DNA of 64,000 nt from Candidatus Bathyarchaeota archaeon (GCA_018396635.1 JAGTQE010000005.1:11325-75324); one strand, 5' to 3'; shown: positions 10,270-20,468, counted from the stretch's first letter. Program-made: numbers and translations. The notes: a model not told the origin generated them from the sequence alone.

Positions 10270-11220
10270 ATGGCAGCTTCTTTAAAAGATGCTTTAGAAA
10301 AAACTAGTGAGTTTATCTCCACAGCCATAGGAAGGTATGGCAACAATCTTTTCGGATCCATTGTCTTTGGCAGTCTCGTTAAAGGGACCTGGCGTAAGAG
10401 CAGTGATGTCGACATAATATTACTATTTAACAAGTGTAACTACTCGAGAAGTGTGAGTTTTTACGGAGACCTAAAATTTGAGGTTTACAACATGCCTTTA
10501 AAGGTATTCTTCTCGCCTTTTTCCGGTGATGGAAAAAATCTTTTCTTTGACATGTTCCGCCTACAAGTGCTGAGAACCGGAAAGATTCTTTATGAGAGAG
10601 ACAATTTATTGAGCCAACTATTCACCAAACTGCGTGAACAAAGAATCTCCCGCAGATATTTAGATGAAGCATTGAGTAAGTTCTATAATTTAATAAATGC
10701 TGCTGAAATATACCTTAGTAGAGGGCGCATTGAGAAGGCCGAGTTAAGTTTAAGGGATTCTTCAATTAACCTTGCAAGGGCATTGTTGATGAAAATAAAT
10801 ATCCCTGAAATAAATACTCCTAGACTACTGATCCCACATTTACGTGAAAGGTCTCCAGAGCTTTATGAAGTAATTAGGGAAGTATATGGGTTAAATTATG
10901 TGGGGAGAAATGAAGCCGAGACTAGAATTAGAGAGGTTAAAGAGACGCTAAATAATATTAAACGTAGGTTTAAGAGAAATATTAGACTTAAGGGAGTTAT
11001 CGACATGGTGGAGAATGAGTTATTAAGCGCCGAAGACTGCCTAGAAGACGGCGACTACGACTCAGCAATACTACAGGCAGAATTCTCTCAATCAATACTC
11101 ATAAAAAATCCATTTATGCGTAATGAATATTGGTTACATACTTCCAAGCCGAATATTGAAAGGAGAGACATAAAAGAATGTATCGGACTTCTAAGAGAGA
11201 TTAAAGAGAAGTATTTATGA
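10270..11220 (+). CDS. Minimal nucleotidyltransferase domain protein with C-terminal helical (HEPN-like) region
   Basis: VFGSLVKG...SDVDII motif; helical C-terminus ending AEDCLEDGDYDSA. Confidence 0.65.
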   Translation: MAASLKDALEKTSEFISTAIGRYGNNLFGSIVFGSLVKGTWRKSSDVDIILLFNKCNYSRSVSFYGDLKFEVYNMPLKVFFSPFSGDGKNLFFDMFRLQVLRTGKILYERDNLLSQLFTKLREQRISRRYLDEALSKFYNLINAAEIYLSRGRIEKAELSLRDSSINLARALLMKINIPEINTPRLLIPHLRERSPELYEVIREVYGLNYVGRNEAETRIREVKETLNNIKRRFKRNIRLKGVIDMVENELLSAEDCLEDGDYDSAILQAEFSQSILIKNPFMRNEYWLHTSKPNIERRDIKECIGLLREIKEKYL

Positions 11221-11259
11221 GAGCCCCTTGGCTAAGAAGAGCAGTTAAGAAAAAGCTTT

Positions 11260-11285
11260 ATTAGTATAGTTGTAACTATACTAAT
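11260..11285. promoter_or_regulatory. Perfect palindromic operator candidate overlapping BRE/TATA
   Basis: ATTAGTATAGTT-GT-AACTATACTAAT (12-bp arms), overlapping AAAAGCTTTATTA. Confidence 0.8.
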
Positions 11286-11314
11286 CAGATTCAACTGAAC
11301 ATGGAGGTTTATAA

Positions 11315-12070
11315 ATGCCTGAAGAAGCCAAAGCACCTGAGAGGAGACCGACATCATTAAACCTCATATTTGCCGCGATCTCAACTGCTCTAGTATGTAT
11401 TGCAACCATGTTCTTTAGCATGTATGTTCCGGCGACTAGGGGCTTCTTTAATATAGGTGAGTCTATGGTTTACCTATCAGCCCTACTTTTCGGGCCGTTT
11501 GTTGGGGCTTTTGCTGGCGGTGTTGGCTCAATGCTCGCCGACATACTGTTAGGCTACACGTATTACGCTCCGGCAACATTAGTGATTAAGGCATCAGAGG
11601 GCTTTATAGTCGGCTATCTGAGTAGGCGTAACCCTAAGCTTAATAGGGTTGGCTGGAGAACGCTTACAACAATCTTAGCGGTCGTTGCTGGAGCGCTATT
11701 AGCGGTCATCGGCTCAGCCTACTATAGCGGTGAAGTTGAGCTGACTTTAGGGCAAGCAATAATACCACTCTACATTCCGGAACTATTCTGGTTTATATTG
11801 AGCCTTATTGTTACAGCATCCATAATTGTGGTAGGTTTAGTCACAGAACCTGAGGCCGGCTGGACAATACTCTCACTGATGGTTGGCGGCCTTGCGATGG
11901 TTCTAGGATACTTCATCTATCAGATGTATCTTTTGTTCCCGCTCTTCGGCATAGAGGCGATAGCTGTGGCCGAAATACCAGTTAATATAGGGCAGATGAT
12001 TATAGGCTTAATAATAGCAACACCGGTGGCAAAAATCATAAAGAGGGAATTCTCCATAGGCGCCAAGTGA
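11315..12070 (+). CDS. ECF transporter S component (long form)
   Basis: PATRGFFNIGESMVYLSALLFGPFVGAFAGGVGSMLAD...YAPATLVIKASEG...EIPVNIGQ. Confidence 0.88.
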   Translation: MPEEAKAPERRPTSLNLIFAAISTALVCIATMFFSMYVPATRGFFNIGESMVYLSALLFGPFVGAFAGGVGSMLADILLGYTYYAPATLVIKASEGFIVGYLSRRNPKLNRVGWRTLTTILAVVAGALLAVIGSAYYSGEVELTLGQAIIPLYIPELFWFILSLIVTASIIVVGLVTEPEAGWTILSLMVGGLAMVLGYFIYQMYLLFPLFGIEAIAVAEIPVNIGQMIIGLIIATPVAKIIKREFSIGAK

Positions 12071-12142
12071 AAACTATATAACCTTTCAACTCCTAGCTCA
12101 GAGGACGGAGGGAACCATCTATTAAGGGCGCAGTCTGAAACT

Positions 12143-12850
12143 CTACTGTTTATCTGGCATATATTGTGCCAATATCATCGCATGATCCTTATCGTATGGT
12201 TCTAAGTGTATGACCTGATATATTTGGAAGCCATTCTTCTCAAGTATTGCTATCTCCCTCTTATATATCTCGCTCGGCTCTTTAGTGACGTCTATGCTCC
12301 TAGCCTTTATGGCCAGCATTATCCAGCCGCCCTTCTTAAGAAATATTTTTGCGTTGTCAGCTAATATTTGGGCTTGCTCCGGCTGGGCTATATCACAATA
12401 TATCATATCAACCTTCCCAACAATATTAGCGTATTTCTCTGGAAATCTGGCATCCGCCAGAATTGGCGACATATTAGGCCTATACTTGCAAACATTATCT
12501 ATGAGCTCTTTTAGGGGTCGGGGAGCAAACTCTATGCAGTATACGTGCCCCTCCTCGCCGACTATGTCTGATACATGGCTTGCCGTAGTCCCAGAGGCTG
12601 CGCCAAGATATAGAACCTTGTATCCGGCTTTGAGGGGCAGCATCTTTAAGCCTTTAAGTATAGCTGCCGCTATCTTGCTCCTATATGGATCCCACAACCT
12701 ATATTCCGCATCGCCATACTTTATTAGGCGCTCGCCGTAAACATCCCTTCCCGGAGCCAGGTTCTTTGAGGCTATCCTATGCGATCCATCCTCAAGGGTT
12801 GCCCTATACACTCCATCAAACTTTGGAAGTGGCTCAACTTTAACGCTCAT
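12143..12850 (-). CDS. flpA: Fibrillarin-like rRNA/tRNA 2'-O-methyltransferase
   Basis: WDPYRSKIAAAI, VLYLGAASGTTASHVSD, DIAQPEQ, LEPYDKDH. Confidence 0.97.
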   Translation of the reverse strand: MSVKVEPLPKFDGVYRATLEDGSHRIASKNLAPGRDVYGERLIKYGDAEYRLWDPYRSKIAAAILKGLKMLPLKAGYKVLYLGAASGTTASHVSDIVGEEGHVYCIEFAPRPLKELIDNVCKYRPNMSPILADARFPEKYANIVGKVDMIYCDIAQPEQAQILADNAKIFLKKGGWIMLAIKARSIDVTKEPSEIYKREIAILEKNGFQIYQVIHLEPYDKDHAMILAQYMPDKQ

Positions 12851-12857
12851 AGATCAC

Positions 12858-14066
12858 TCACCTACGCTCCTTAGGCCTAGCCTTCTTCTTCGCCTTAACT
12901 TTAGGTGGGCTTGGATACTTCTCCTCTATCTCCTTAACTCTCTGCATGAGCTCCTCCTTAAGCTTATCGCCTATATAGCTCCCTGTGAAGGCGTCGGTTC
13001 TAGCAGCTATGCAGAGCTTGCCTGCCAGGGCTCTCGCAATCTTACCCCTAAGCCACTTCTTAGCCCTGAAGATTAGGGAGTGCTGGAATATTATGCCATG
13101 TTTAGGCGGCTTGGAGCCTGTTCTAAGGGCCCTGAAAAGGGCTTTTTCAGCGCCCAAAACCTGAACTGTGCTGGCGGGCATCTTGGCGAGGTTTTCCAGG
13201 CTGCCGGCGATGGCTATAAGTCTAGCGCCGACAGACGGCCCGGCTACAGCCCTCAGGTTTGGCGCAACATCCTCCATGATCTCATCTATATATTTCTCAA
13301 GGTTCTCCCTAGCCTCATAAAGCTGAAGAATGTTTTTCGAAAGTCTTCGAATCTGCTCTATATCCATGTCCTGTAGGTCCGCACCCATAGAGGCTCTAGC
13401 CGCCTCATGAATCTGGGCGGCCTTATTTTCCGGGAAACCCTCCTTTCTAAGCCTCTCAACGGTGAAGTTGTCTCTACGCCCCAAAGTGTAAACTAGCTTA
13501 GCATATGTTTCGTGCCTATCCACTAGGCGGCCTAGCTCCGGGAAGTGTATGCCATACCACTCACGGAGCCTGCTCATGAAAAGGTTTAGTGTCTGATCTA
13601 AGTCGTCGAGTGCGTGGACCGCTTGAACGACAAGCAGATCCCTCTTCTCAGTAGCCTTCTTAATCCTGAGCTTTGAGAGCTCTATTGTCACATCACGTAT
13701 CCACTGATTTATCTCCGAGGGTTTACTTATGAAGCCTATCTCAACGCCCAGCTCACCCATATTCTCACGTATCTTCTCACTTACTTCAACTAGGGTTCCA
13801 GCCTCGGCGTTAACTTTAAACTCCTCTCTTATAGTATTCGCCAGGTCTGGGTTGTCAAAGAGAAAATCCGCATACTTCTGTTCCCTAAGCCTACGGATAA
13901 GTCTCCTTATCTCCGGTATGGGTTTACCCTGCTCCAGCGTGAAGAGCTTCTCAGCTATTTTAACTGGATCTTTATCAAAGACTTCCTTATCCACCAGCTC
14001 ACCGTTCTCGTTTAGGCATAGAATCCCCATAACGCTTGGTATAACTGCAATCCTCAATTCTTCCAC
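12858..14066 (-). CDS. nop5: Box C/D RNP subunit Nop5 (Nop56/58)
   Basis: LREWYGIHFPEL, PASTVQVLGAEKALF, PPKHGIIF, GKIARALAGK; adjacent to fibrillarin. Confidence 0.97.
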   Translation of the reverse strand: MEELRIAVIPSVMGILCLNENGELVDKEVFDKDPVKIAEKLFTLEQGKPIPEIRRLIRRLREQKYADFLFDNPDLANTIREEFKVNAEAGTLVEVSEKIRENMGELGVEIGFISKPSEINQWIRDVTIELSKLRIKKATEKRDLLVVQAVHALDDLDQTLNLFMSRLREWYGIHFPELGRLVDRHETYAKLVYTLGRRDNFTVERLRKEGFPENKAAQIHEAARASMGADLQDMDIEQIRRLSKNILQLYEARENLEKYIDEIMEDVAPNLRAVAGPSVGARLIAIAGSLENLAKMPASTVQVLGAEKALFRALRTGSKPPKHGIIFQHSLIFRAKKWLRGKIARALAGKLCIAARTDAFTGSYIGDKLKEELMQRVKEIEEKYPSPPKVKAKKKARPKERR

Positions 14067-14178
14067 CGCGCCGATCTTCCCCTAAAACTATAGCATATTC
14101 ACATAAATATGTGTTACCAAGATATTTAATTTATAAGCCGCATCAGAGGGCCGCAGGCTTTGCTGAGGGATTTAAAGC

Positions 14179-15090
14179 ATGGTCGGCCTGAGAACTTATA
14201 TCGCAGGGTTAGAGATGCCAAACCCAACCATGCTCGCATCTGGCATACTTGGAACAACAGCAGACATGCTTAGGGAGGCTGCCAACGCAGGGGCTGGCGC
14301 AGTGGTCACAAAGTCTGTTAGCCTTAAGCCGAGGGAAGGATACCCGAACCCGACAGTGATACAGGTTGATTGCGGCTTCCTAAACGCAGTTGGGCTGCCA
14401 AACCCAGGGATACATAAGTTTATAGACGAGATAAAGCGCCTACGCGACCTCAATGTTCCCTTAATTGTAAGCGTGTTCGGCTTTAAACCAGAGGAGTATG
14501 CTGAGGCCGCCAGGCTGGCTGTTGAGGCGGGGGCGAGCGCTGTTGAACTCAACTTATCCTGTCCACATGTTAAGGGTACTGGAGCCGAGATTGGGCAGGA
14601 TCCTGAAGCCGTTAAGCTAACCGTTAAGGCTGTTAAGGATTGTGTGGATAGACCTGTCTTCGCAAAGCTAACACCAAACACATCCAGCATTTCTGACCTG
14701 GCCAGGGCCGCTGCCTCCGCCGGGGCTGATGGAATTACTGCCATAAATACTGTTAGGGCTATGGCCATAGACATCGAGACATTTAGGCCTGTTCTCGCCA
14801 ATAGGTTTGGTGGGTTATCTGGTGCTGCGATAAAGCCGATAGCCGTCAGATGCGTCTACGAGATATATGAGGCTATCGATGTCCCCATCATTGGATGTGG
14901 TGGGGTGAGGGATTGGAGGGATGCAGTCGAATTCATGCTGGCCGGGGCTAGGGCAGTCCAGATTGGTTCAGCTATAGCTCTAGAGGGGCTCTCCATATTC
15001 AAGAGGATATGTGAGGGGATATGCGGCTTCCTGGAAAGGAAGGGTTTCAGGAGCGTTGATGAGATTATTGGACTGGCACATAAAAAATAA
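14179..15090 (+). CDS. pyrD: Dihydroorotate dehydrogenase B, catalytic subunit
   Basis: NAVGLPNPG, ELNLSCPH, AKLTPN, GGLSGAAIKP. Confidence 0.95.
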   Translation: MVGLRTYIAGLEMPNPTMLASGILGTTADMLREAANAGAGAVVTKSVSLKPREGYPNPTVIQVDCGFLNAVGLPNPGIHKFIDEIKRLRDLNVPLIVSVFGFKPEEYAEAARLAVEAGASAVELNLSCPHVKGTGAEIGQDPEAVKLTVKAVKDCVDRPVFAKLTPNTSSISDLARAAASAGADGITAINTVRAMAIDIETFRPVLANRFGGLSGAAIKPIAVRCVYEIYEAIDVPIIGCGGVRDWRDAVEFMLAGARAVQIGSAIALEGLSIFKRICEGICGFLERKGFRSVDEIIGLAHKK

Positions 15091-15094
15091 TGTG

Positions 15095-15892
15095 ATGCGA
15101 GTCGTTAAGATAATTGGCGTCAGGCCTGAAAATCCACAAGTCAAAACATTATTCTTTATAGATGAATGCTGCCGCCTAGCTGAACCAGGGCAGTTCATCA
15201 TGGTCTGGATACCTGGGGTCGATGAAATACCCCTAAGCGTATCGTCAGTCCAGCCTGACGGCTCATCCTCAATAACTGTTGCTGAGGTCGGCGAGGCCAC
15301 CAGGGCTCTCACAAGCATGAAGGTCGGCGACCTCATAGGGGTTAGAGGCCCGTTTGGGTCTGGCTTCAAAGTTACTGGTGAGAGAGCTCTTGTTGTTGGT
15401 GGGGGCACAGGTATGGCGCCTTTAATGATTCTCATAAATAGGCTTGTTAGGATGGGCGTGGATGTGACTGTTATTGAGGGTGCGGAGAGATACAGCAAGC
15501 TGATATTCCTCAATGATCTAACGGATCTCTCAAGGAATTATGGTGTTAGGGTTCTCTTCACTACTGAGGACGGGAGCTACGGCTTTAGTGGGCTTGCAAC
15601 AGAGCTAGCCGAGAGCCTATTGAAGCGAGAAAGGTTTGACGTAATTTATACGTGTGGGCCGGAGAAGATGATCCGAAGAATTTATGAGCTGGCTAAGACT
15701 TACTCGATCGATTTGCAGGCTAGCTTGGAGCGGTATATGCGGTGCGCCATAGGGATATGTGGAAGCTGCACTATAGGCAGGTACAGGGTCTGCAGAGATG
15801 GACCAGTATTTAGCATGGATAGGCTTAAGGAGATTGAGGAGTATCTTGGGCTCTTCAAGTATGATGAGAGAGGCGAAAGGGTTCCAGTTTAA
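15095..15892 (+). CDS. pyrK: Dihydroorotate dehydrogenase electron transfer subunit
   Basis: PGQFIMVW, GVRGPFG, GGGTGMAP, CGPE, CAIGICGSC...VC. Confidence 0.93.
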   Translation: MRVVKIIGVRPENPQVKTLFFIDECCRLAEPGQFIMVWIPGVDEIPLSVSSVQPDGSSSITVAEVGEATRALTSMKVGDLIGVRGPFGSGFKVTGERALVVGGGTGMAPLMILINRLVRMGVDVTVIEGAERYSKLIFLNDLTDLSRNYGVRVLFTTEDGSYGFSGLATELAESLLKRERFDVIYTCGPEKMIRRIYELAKTYSIDLQASLERYMRCAIGICGSCTIGRYRVCRDGPVFSMDRLKEIEEYLGLFKYDERGERVPV

Positions 15893-15901
15893 GTAGATTA
15901 G

Positions 15902-16816
15902 TCAGCCGACCTCCTTCGAGCCTTCCCCCTCACCCTTTTCCTCCCTGAGGAGACCCTCAATCCTCCTTAGTATGGGGGCTTCCTTAGTCTCCAGCTGCCT
16001 ATTCACTATGATTGCATGCACCTTTCTTGGGTTTGGCACGCCATATAGTGAGAAGTATGTTGCAGCCCTAGGCCTACTCACACCCTTCTTACCGCCGAAC
16101 CCTATGTTAATTTTACCCTTCATGTCAGGCGATGCTGAGACATATGCTAGGGATGCATCCTCGCCTAGACCGAAGCCAGCCTCAGATATGGGTATGATCG
16201 TGCCATAATTGAAGATTCTGCCAAGCAATCCCTGATCCACATATATGTCGGCTATCTTATCGTACATTATCTCCCTAACCTCCCTACCAATAAACTTCTT
16301 GACCGTAACTATTCTATAGTTTGTTAGAAAGTATTTGTGTCCCCTCCGATAGCTCTCAGTCAAGATTAATCCTATTACTGCGAATAGGGGTAAAAAGCAA
16401 ACTTTAATCTCCGCCTTCGGAATTATTGTGATGTATTGTGGTATAGGCGAATATAGTTCGATTAATGTGCCTGCAAGGGCGATTAAAATCATATATATTA
16501 GGGGCGCCTTACTAACCCATAAGACGCCGATAAGCAGCCCGCTTAAAACAAATATAGCCCAGAATATCACAAGAAAGATTAGGCTTTTTGCATCAATCCC
16601 GGGAACGAAGCCAAACAATGTGCTTAGAAATCCAGTCAAAATGGATTGAGCCTCCATAATCTCGTTGAGCCGTATATATATGAAGTGGAACACTATGGCC
16701 AAGAGGATTAGGTAGATGCACGCAAGATAGTATTTAATGAAGGAGAACGGATGGGGCTTAAGGCAGACATCGATCTTCTCATCCTTTAGGAGGTCAAAGC
16801 CACAATTTCCAACCAT
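15902..16816 (-). CDS. Membrane protein with bacterial PH-like (bPH_2) domain
   Basis: Four TM segments followed by YFLTNYRIV...IADIYVDQGLLGRIFNYGTI. Confidence 0.7.
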   Translation of the reverse strand: MVGNCGFDLLKDEKIDVCLKPHPFSFIKYYLACIYLILLAIVFHFIYIRLNEIMEAQSILTGFLSTLFGFVPGIDAKSLIFLVIFWAIFVLSGLLIGVLWVSKAPLIYMILIALAGTLIELYSPIPQYITIIPKAEIKVCFLPLFAVIGLILTESYRRGHKYFLTNYRIVTVKKFIGREVREIMYDKIADIYVDQGLLGRIFNYGTIIPISEAGFGLGEDASLAYVSASPDMKGKINIGFGGKKGVSRPRAATYFSLYGVPNPRKVHAIIVNRQLETKEAPILRRIEGLLREEKGEGEGSKEVG

Positions 16817-16908
16817 TATTTCACCAGCATGCAGTGCATGGCTGAGCACACTTCCATTTAGGCGGAACTAACTAAAAATGTTTTTGATTGCCAGGGACTG
16901 TGGCGTCA

Positions 16909-19900
16909 TCAAGCCTTCCTAAGCCAGATCCTAAGCACCTCGCCAGCCAAGCTATATGTTGCTGAATGCGCTTCTCCAGCTGGGCTTCCCTTTCTAATCA
17001 CAATCGAAAGCGTCTCGGCCGCTATATAGTCCCCGAAGCTCTCGAAAACCTCAGTTAATATTGGCCCAGCCTCATAGTATGTTTCTATCTGATCGGCTAT
17101 GTTGAAGCCAGCCTCCTTCCTCTGATTCTGTATGCGCCTAACAATGTCTCTGGCAAGCCCCTCAAGCTTAAGGTTCTCTGGAATCACCCTGTATACGCCG
17201 ACAACTATATTATCTTCCTCAGAGACAGAATAGCCCTCCCTAGGTTCCTCAACTATCCTAATATCCTCAGGTAGGAGCTTTACCTCCTGCCCCTCAATAT
17301 TTAGGCTTAATCCTCCAGCCCCTATGGCCGCGATAACTTCCTCAGCGCTCATTCTCCCAATTGCTTCCTGGATTCTTGGGAGCAGCCTACCATACTTTCT
17401 GCCAATGTTCTCCGGGACTATTTTAACTGAGTAATTGAATAGGTCGCTCCTCCTTGTTGTTAGGGATAGACTCTTAATGTTCAGCTCATCAATGATTACG
17501 CCCTTAAGCCCCTCTATGCGCTTCAAGATCTCCTCTTCTGCGACAACTTTCGCCTCAAGTAGCGGTTGTCTCAGCTTAATCCCAGCCTTATTGCGGGCAG
17601 ACCTGCCTAGGCTGCAGACCTTCATGGCTAAATCCATGCTCCTCATAAGCTCCTCGTCGATCATCTTTTCGTCTACTGTGGGCCAGTCATTATGGTGGAC
17701 GCTCTCAGGCGCGTTTATATAAACGCTGCGGACAATATTCTGGTACATTTCCTCTGTTAGGAATGGTATGAATGGGGCTAGGAGCTTGATTAGTGTTGTT
17801 AGGCATATGTATAGTGTTGTGTATGCTGCGTTCTTATCCTCGTCCTGCTCACTCTTCCAGAACCTCCTCCTAGACCTCCTAATGTACCATGTTGAAAGCT
17901 CGTCTACAAACCTCTCTATAGCTAAGGCAGCGTCATATGGGTCGAAATCCTCAAGGTATCGCGTCACATCCCTAACTAGAACATTAAGTTTTGACAGGGC
18001 CCACCTATCGAGCGGCGATAGTATTTCATATGGCGCAAGCCTCTCTTTAGGAGACCATTTATCTAGGTTAGCATATGTCACAAAGAAGCTATATATGTTC
18101 CATAATGGGATTAGGAAGCGCCTCTTTACCTCCTCAGCCCTCCTATAGCCGAAGAGGAGGTTTTGCTCAGGCTTGGTTGTGCAGTATATCCAGCGCATGA
18201 CGTCCGCCCCCATCTTCTCAGCCGCCTCATCGAACCATATAACGTTCCCCCAAGACTTATGCATCTCACGCCCCTGCTCATCTAGGACTAGGCCGTGGCC
18301 GAAGCAGACCTTGAACGGCGGCTCACCCTCCATAACTGTGCTCATTGCCAGCATGGCATAGAACCAGTTCCTGAACTGGCCTGGGAGGGATTCACAGACG
18401 AACTCCGCTGGGAACCATCTCCTCCAGTATTCTCTGTCAGTCCTATATCGTATCGTTGAGTAGGCGACTATGCCAGCGTCGAGCCATGGGTTTCCAACGT
18501 CAGGTATTCTAGACATCAGCGAGCCACATCTCGGACACCTTATTTTGACAGCGTCAACCCAGGGCCTGTGGGGCGTGTGCCCCTCAAACATCTCCCAGCC
18601 CTCAACAGCCTTCTCCTTAAGCTCCTCCTTGCTTCCTATAACCTCAAAGTGGCCGCAGCTCTTACACTCCCATATTGGTAGGGCCAGGCCCCAGTAACGC
18701 TTCTTAGATATCATCCAGTCCTCCATGTTCTCCAGCCAGTTAAGCTCATGCTGGAGCCCGTACTCCGGTATCCATCGAACCTTTTTGGCGACCTCCATAA
18801 TCTGGTATCTGAGGTTCTGGGCTTTCTCCTCTTCAGTCAACTCTTCGAGGGGCTTATTGAGCTTCTTACCCATCGATATGAACCACTCGTCTACTAGGCG
18901 GAAGACTAGCTCGCTACCACAGCGCCAGCAGACCGGGTAGCGGTGCTTGTAATCCTCAACCTTAAACAGCAGGCCCTTAACCTTAAGGTCCTCAATTATG
19001 GGTTCGGCTGAATCGTAAACATGTATGCCAGTATATTTGCCGAAGCCCTCAATGAATACGCCGAACTCATCGAGTGGAGCTATACTCGGCAACCCATATA
19101 TCTTGCCGAGCTGGAAGTCCTCTCTACCGCATCCAGGAGCTATGTGAACTATGCATGTCCCCTCTTCCTCGGTAACCCCATCCCACAGTATTACTCTATG
19201 GGCTTTGACTGCTCCAGAGTTTATTTGGGCTGGAAGCTCATCGAAGGGTCCTTCGTAGGTCCAGCCCTCCATATCGCTACCCCTAACCTCCTCAACTATC
19301 TCATAGCTCCCCCTTGGCAGGATCCTATCGAGGGCTGGCTTTCCGAGGTAGAAGTATTCTTCACCATACTTGACCTTCACGTAGATTATGTCTGGGTGGA
19401 CTGCAACCGCAACGTTTGATGTCAATGTCCATGGGGTTGTTGTCCAAACTAGGAGCGATTCATTCACCCTGCCTTTAAGTGGGAATCTAAGCGTTAACCC
19501 GGGGTGGATTAGCTCCCTATAGCCTTCCGTAACGATCTCGTGTTCTGAGAGGGCTGTTGAGCATCTGGGGCACCATGGCATAACATCTGTGCCCTTATAG
19601 ATCCAGCCCCTCTCATAGCACTTCTTTAGGAAAGCCCAGATCATATAGTTGTTCTCGTCTGAGAATGTAAAGTATGAGCCGCCTATCTCAGGCGATCCTA
19701 GCTGACCAACAATCCTCTCAACCGTATCAGTTATGAGCTGGCCGTTTGCGCCCCGAATAGTTATTATTTGATCCGGGTTCTCCATAGCATCAGCAAGCCA
19801 TCTTAGGAAGTCCGGGTCGTTCCAGTCCATCCAGTATCCTAGCCGTATAGACTGCTCAGTCTGCTTGGCGGCGTATCGCAGAACCCTCTGCTTACACCTC

Positions 19901-20253
19901 TTAACGAACTCAGCTATGCCGTATGCCTCAATATCCCTCTTAGACTTAAAGCCGAGCTCCTTTTCAACCTCGACCTCAACCCAAAGCCCCTGACAGTCGA
20001 AGCCATTCTGGTATCGCAGCTCATAGCCCTGCATGGCTCTGAATCTCTGGAATAAGTCTTTATATGTACGGCCCCAAGCATGGTGGACTCCCATAGGGTT
20101 GTTGGCTGTTATTGGTCCATCTATGAAGGAGTAGGGCCTCTTCCCCCTATTCATCTCCATACGCTTTTTGAAAGCATCCGTCTCCCTCCAGAACCTAAGT
20201 ATCCTATGCTCAATCTCAGGAAAGTTTGGCATTGCCGGAACTTCTCTAAACAT
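16909..20253 (-). CDS. ileS: Isoleucine--tRNA ligase (type 2-like)
   Basis: DGPITAN, GFDCQGL, VWTTTPWTL, DWMISKKRYWG, EMHKS. Confidence 0.95.
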   Translation of the reverse strand: MFREVPAMPNFPEIEHRILRFWRETDAFKKRMEMNRGKRPYSFIDGPITANNPMGVHHAWGRTYKDLFQRFRAMQGYELRYQNGFDCQGLWVEVEVEKELGFKSKRDIEAYGIAEFVKRCKQRVLRYAAKQTEQSIRLGYWMDWNDPDFLRWLADAMENPDQIITIRGANGQLITDTVERIVGQLGSPEIGGSYFTFSDENNYMIWAFLKKCYERGWIYKGTDVMPWCPRCSTALSEHEIVTEGYRELIHPGLTLRFPLKGRVNESLLVWTTTPWTLTSNVAVAVHPDIIYVKVKYGEEYFYLGKPALDRILPRGSYEIVEEVRGSDMEGWTYEGPFDELPAQINSGAVKAHRVILWDGVTEEEGTCIVHIAPGCGREDFQLGKIYGLPSIAPLDEFGVFIEGFGKYTGIHVYDSAEPIIEDLKVKGLLFKVEDYKHRYPVCWRCGSELVFRLVDEWFISMGKKLNKPLEELTEEEKAQNLRYQIMEVAKKVRWIPEYGLQHELNWLENMEDWMISKKRYWGLALPIWECKSCGHFEVIGSKEELKEKAVEGWEMFEGHTPHRPWVDAVKIRCPRCGSLMSRIPDVGNPWLDAGIVAYSTIRYRTDREYWRRWFPAEFVCESLPGQFRNWFYAMLAMSTVMEGEPPFKVCFGHGLVLDEQGREMHKSWGNVIWFDEAAEKMGADVMRWIYCTTKPEQNLLFGYRRAEEVKRRFLIPLWNIYSFFVTYANLDKWSPKERLAPYEILSPLDRWALSKLNVLVRDVTRYLEDFDPYDAALAIERFVDELSTWYIRRSRRRFWKSEQDEDKNAAYTTLYICLTTLIKLLAPFIPFLTEEMYQNIVRSVYINAPESVHHNDWPTVDEKMIDEELMRSMDLAMKVCSLGRSARNKAGIKLRQPLLEAKVVAEEEILKRIEGLKGVIIDELNIKSLSLTTRRSDLFNYSVKIVPENIGRKYGRLLPRIQEAIGRMSAEEVIAAIGAGGLSLNIEGQEVKLLPEDIRIVEEPREGYSVSEEDNIVVGVYRVIPENLKLEGLARDIVRRIQNQRKEAGFNIADQIETYYEAGPILTEVFESFGDYIAAETLSIVIRKGSPAGEAHSATYSLAGEVLRIWLRKA

Positions 20254-20468
20254 TTACGCCACCTCCACGCTTGTTAGAGGAAGATTAAAAACCATACATA
20301 TATTAGTTCATTGCTTTCAGATAATAGAGGGCACGATAATATCTTGTTAGGCGAAAATCTATCTAGGGATTTGGCGATCACCTTTCATTCCATACACCAT
20401 TAAAAGTATAGTTTGGGTCAGGAATATAAGACTATTGATGCAGAAGCGAAACATATTCCTACCCCCAA

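Noticed and set aside
20300..20345. Single CTGA-AAGCA-ATGAACT on the minus strand upstream of ileS
   Set aside because: Only one weak D/C pair, with no second unit or identifiable target.
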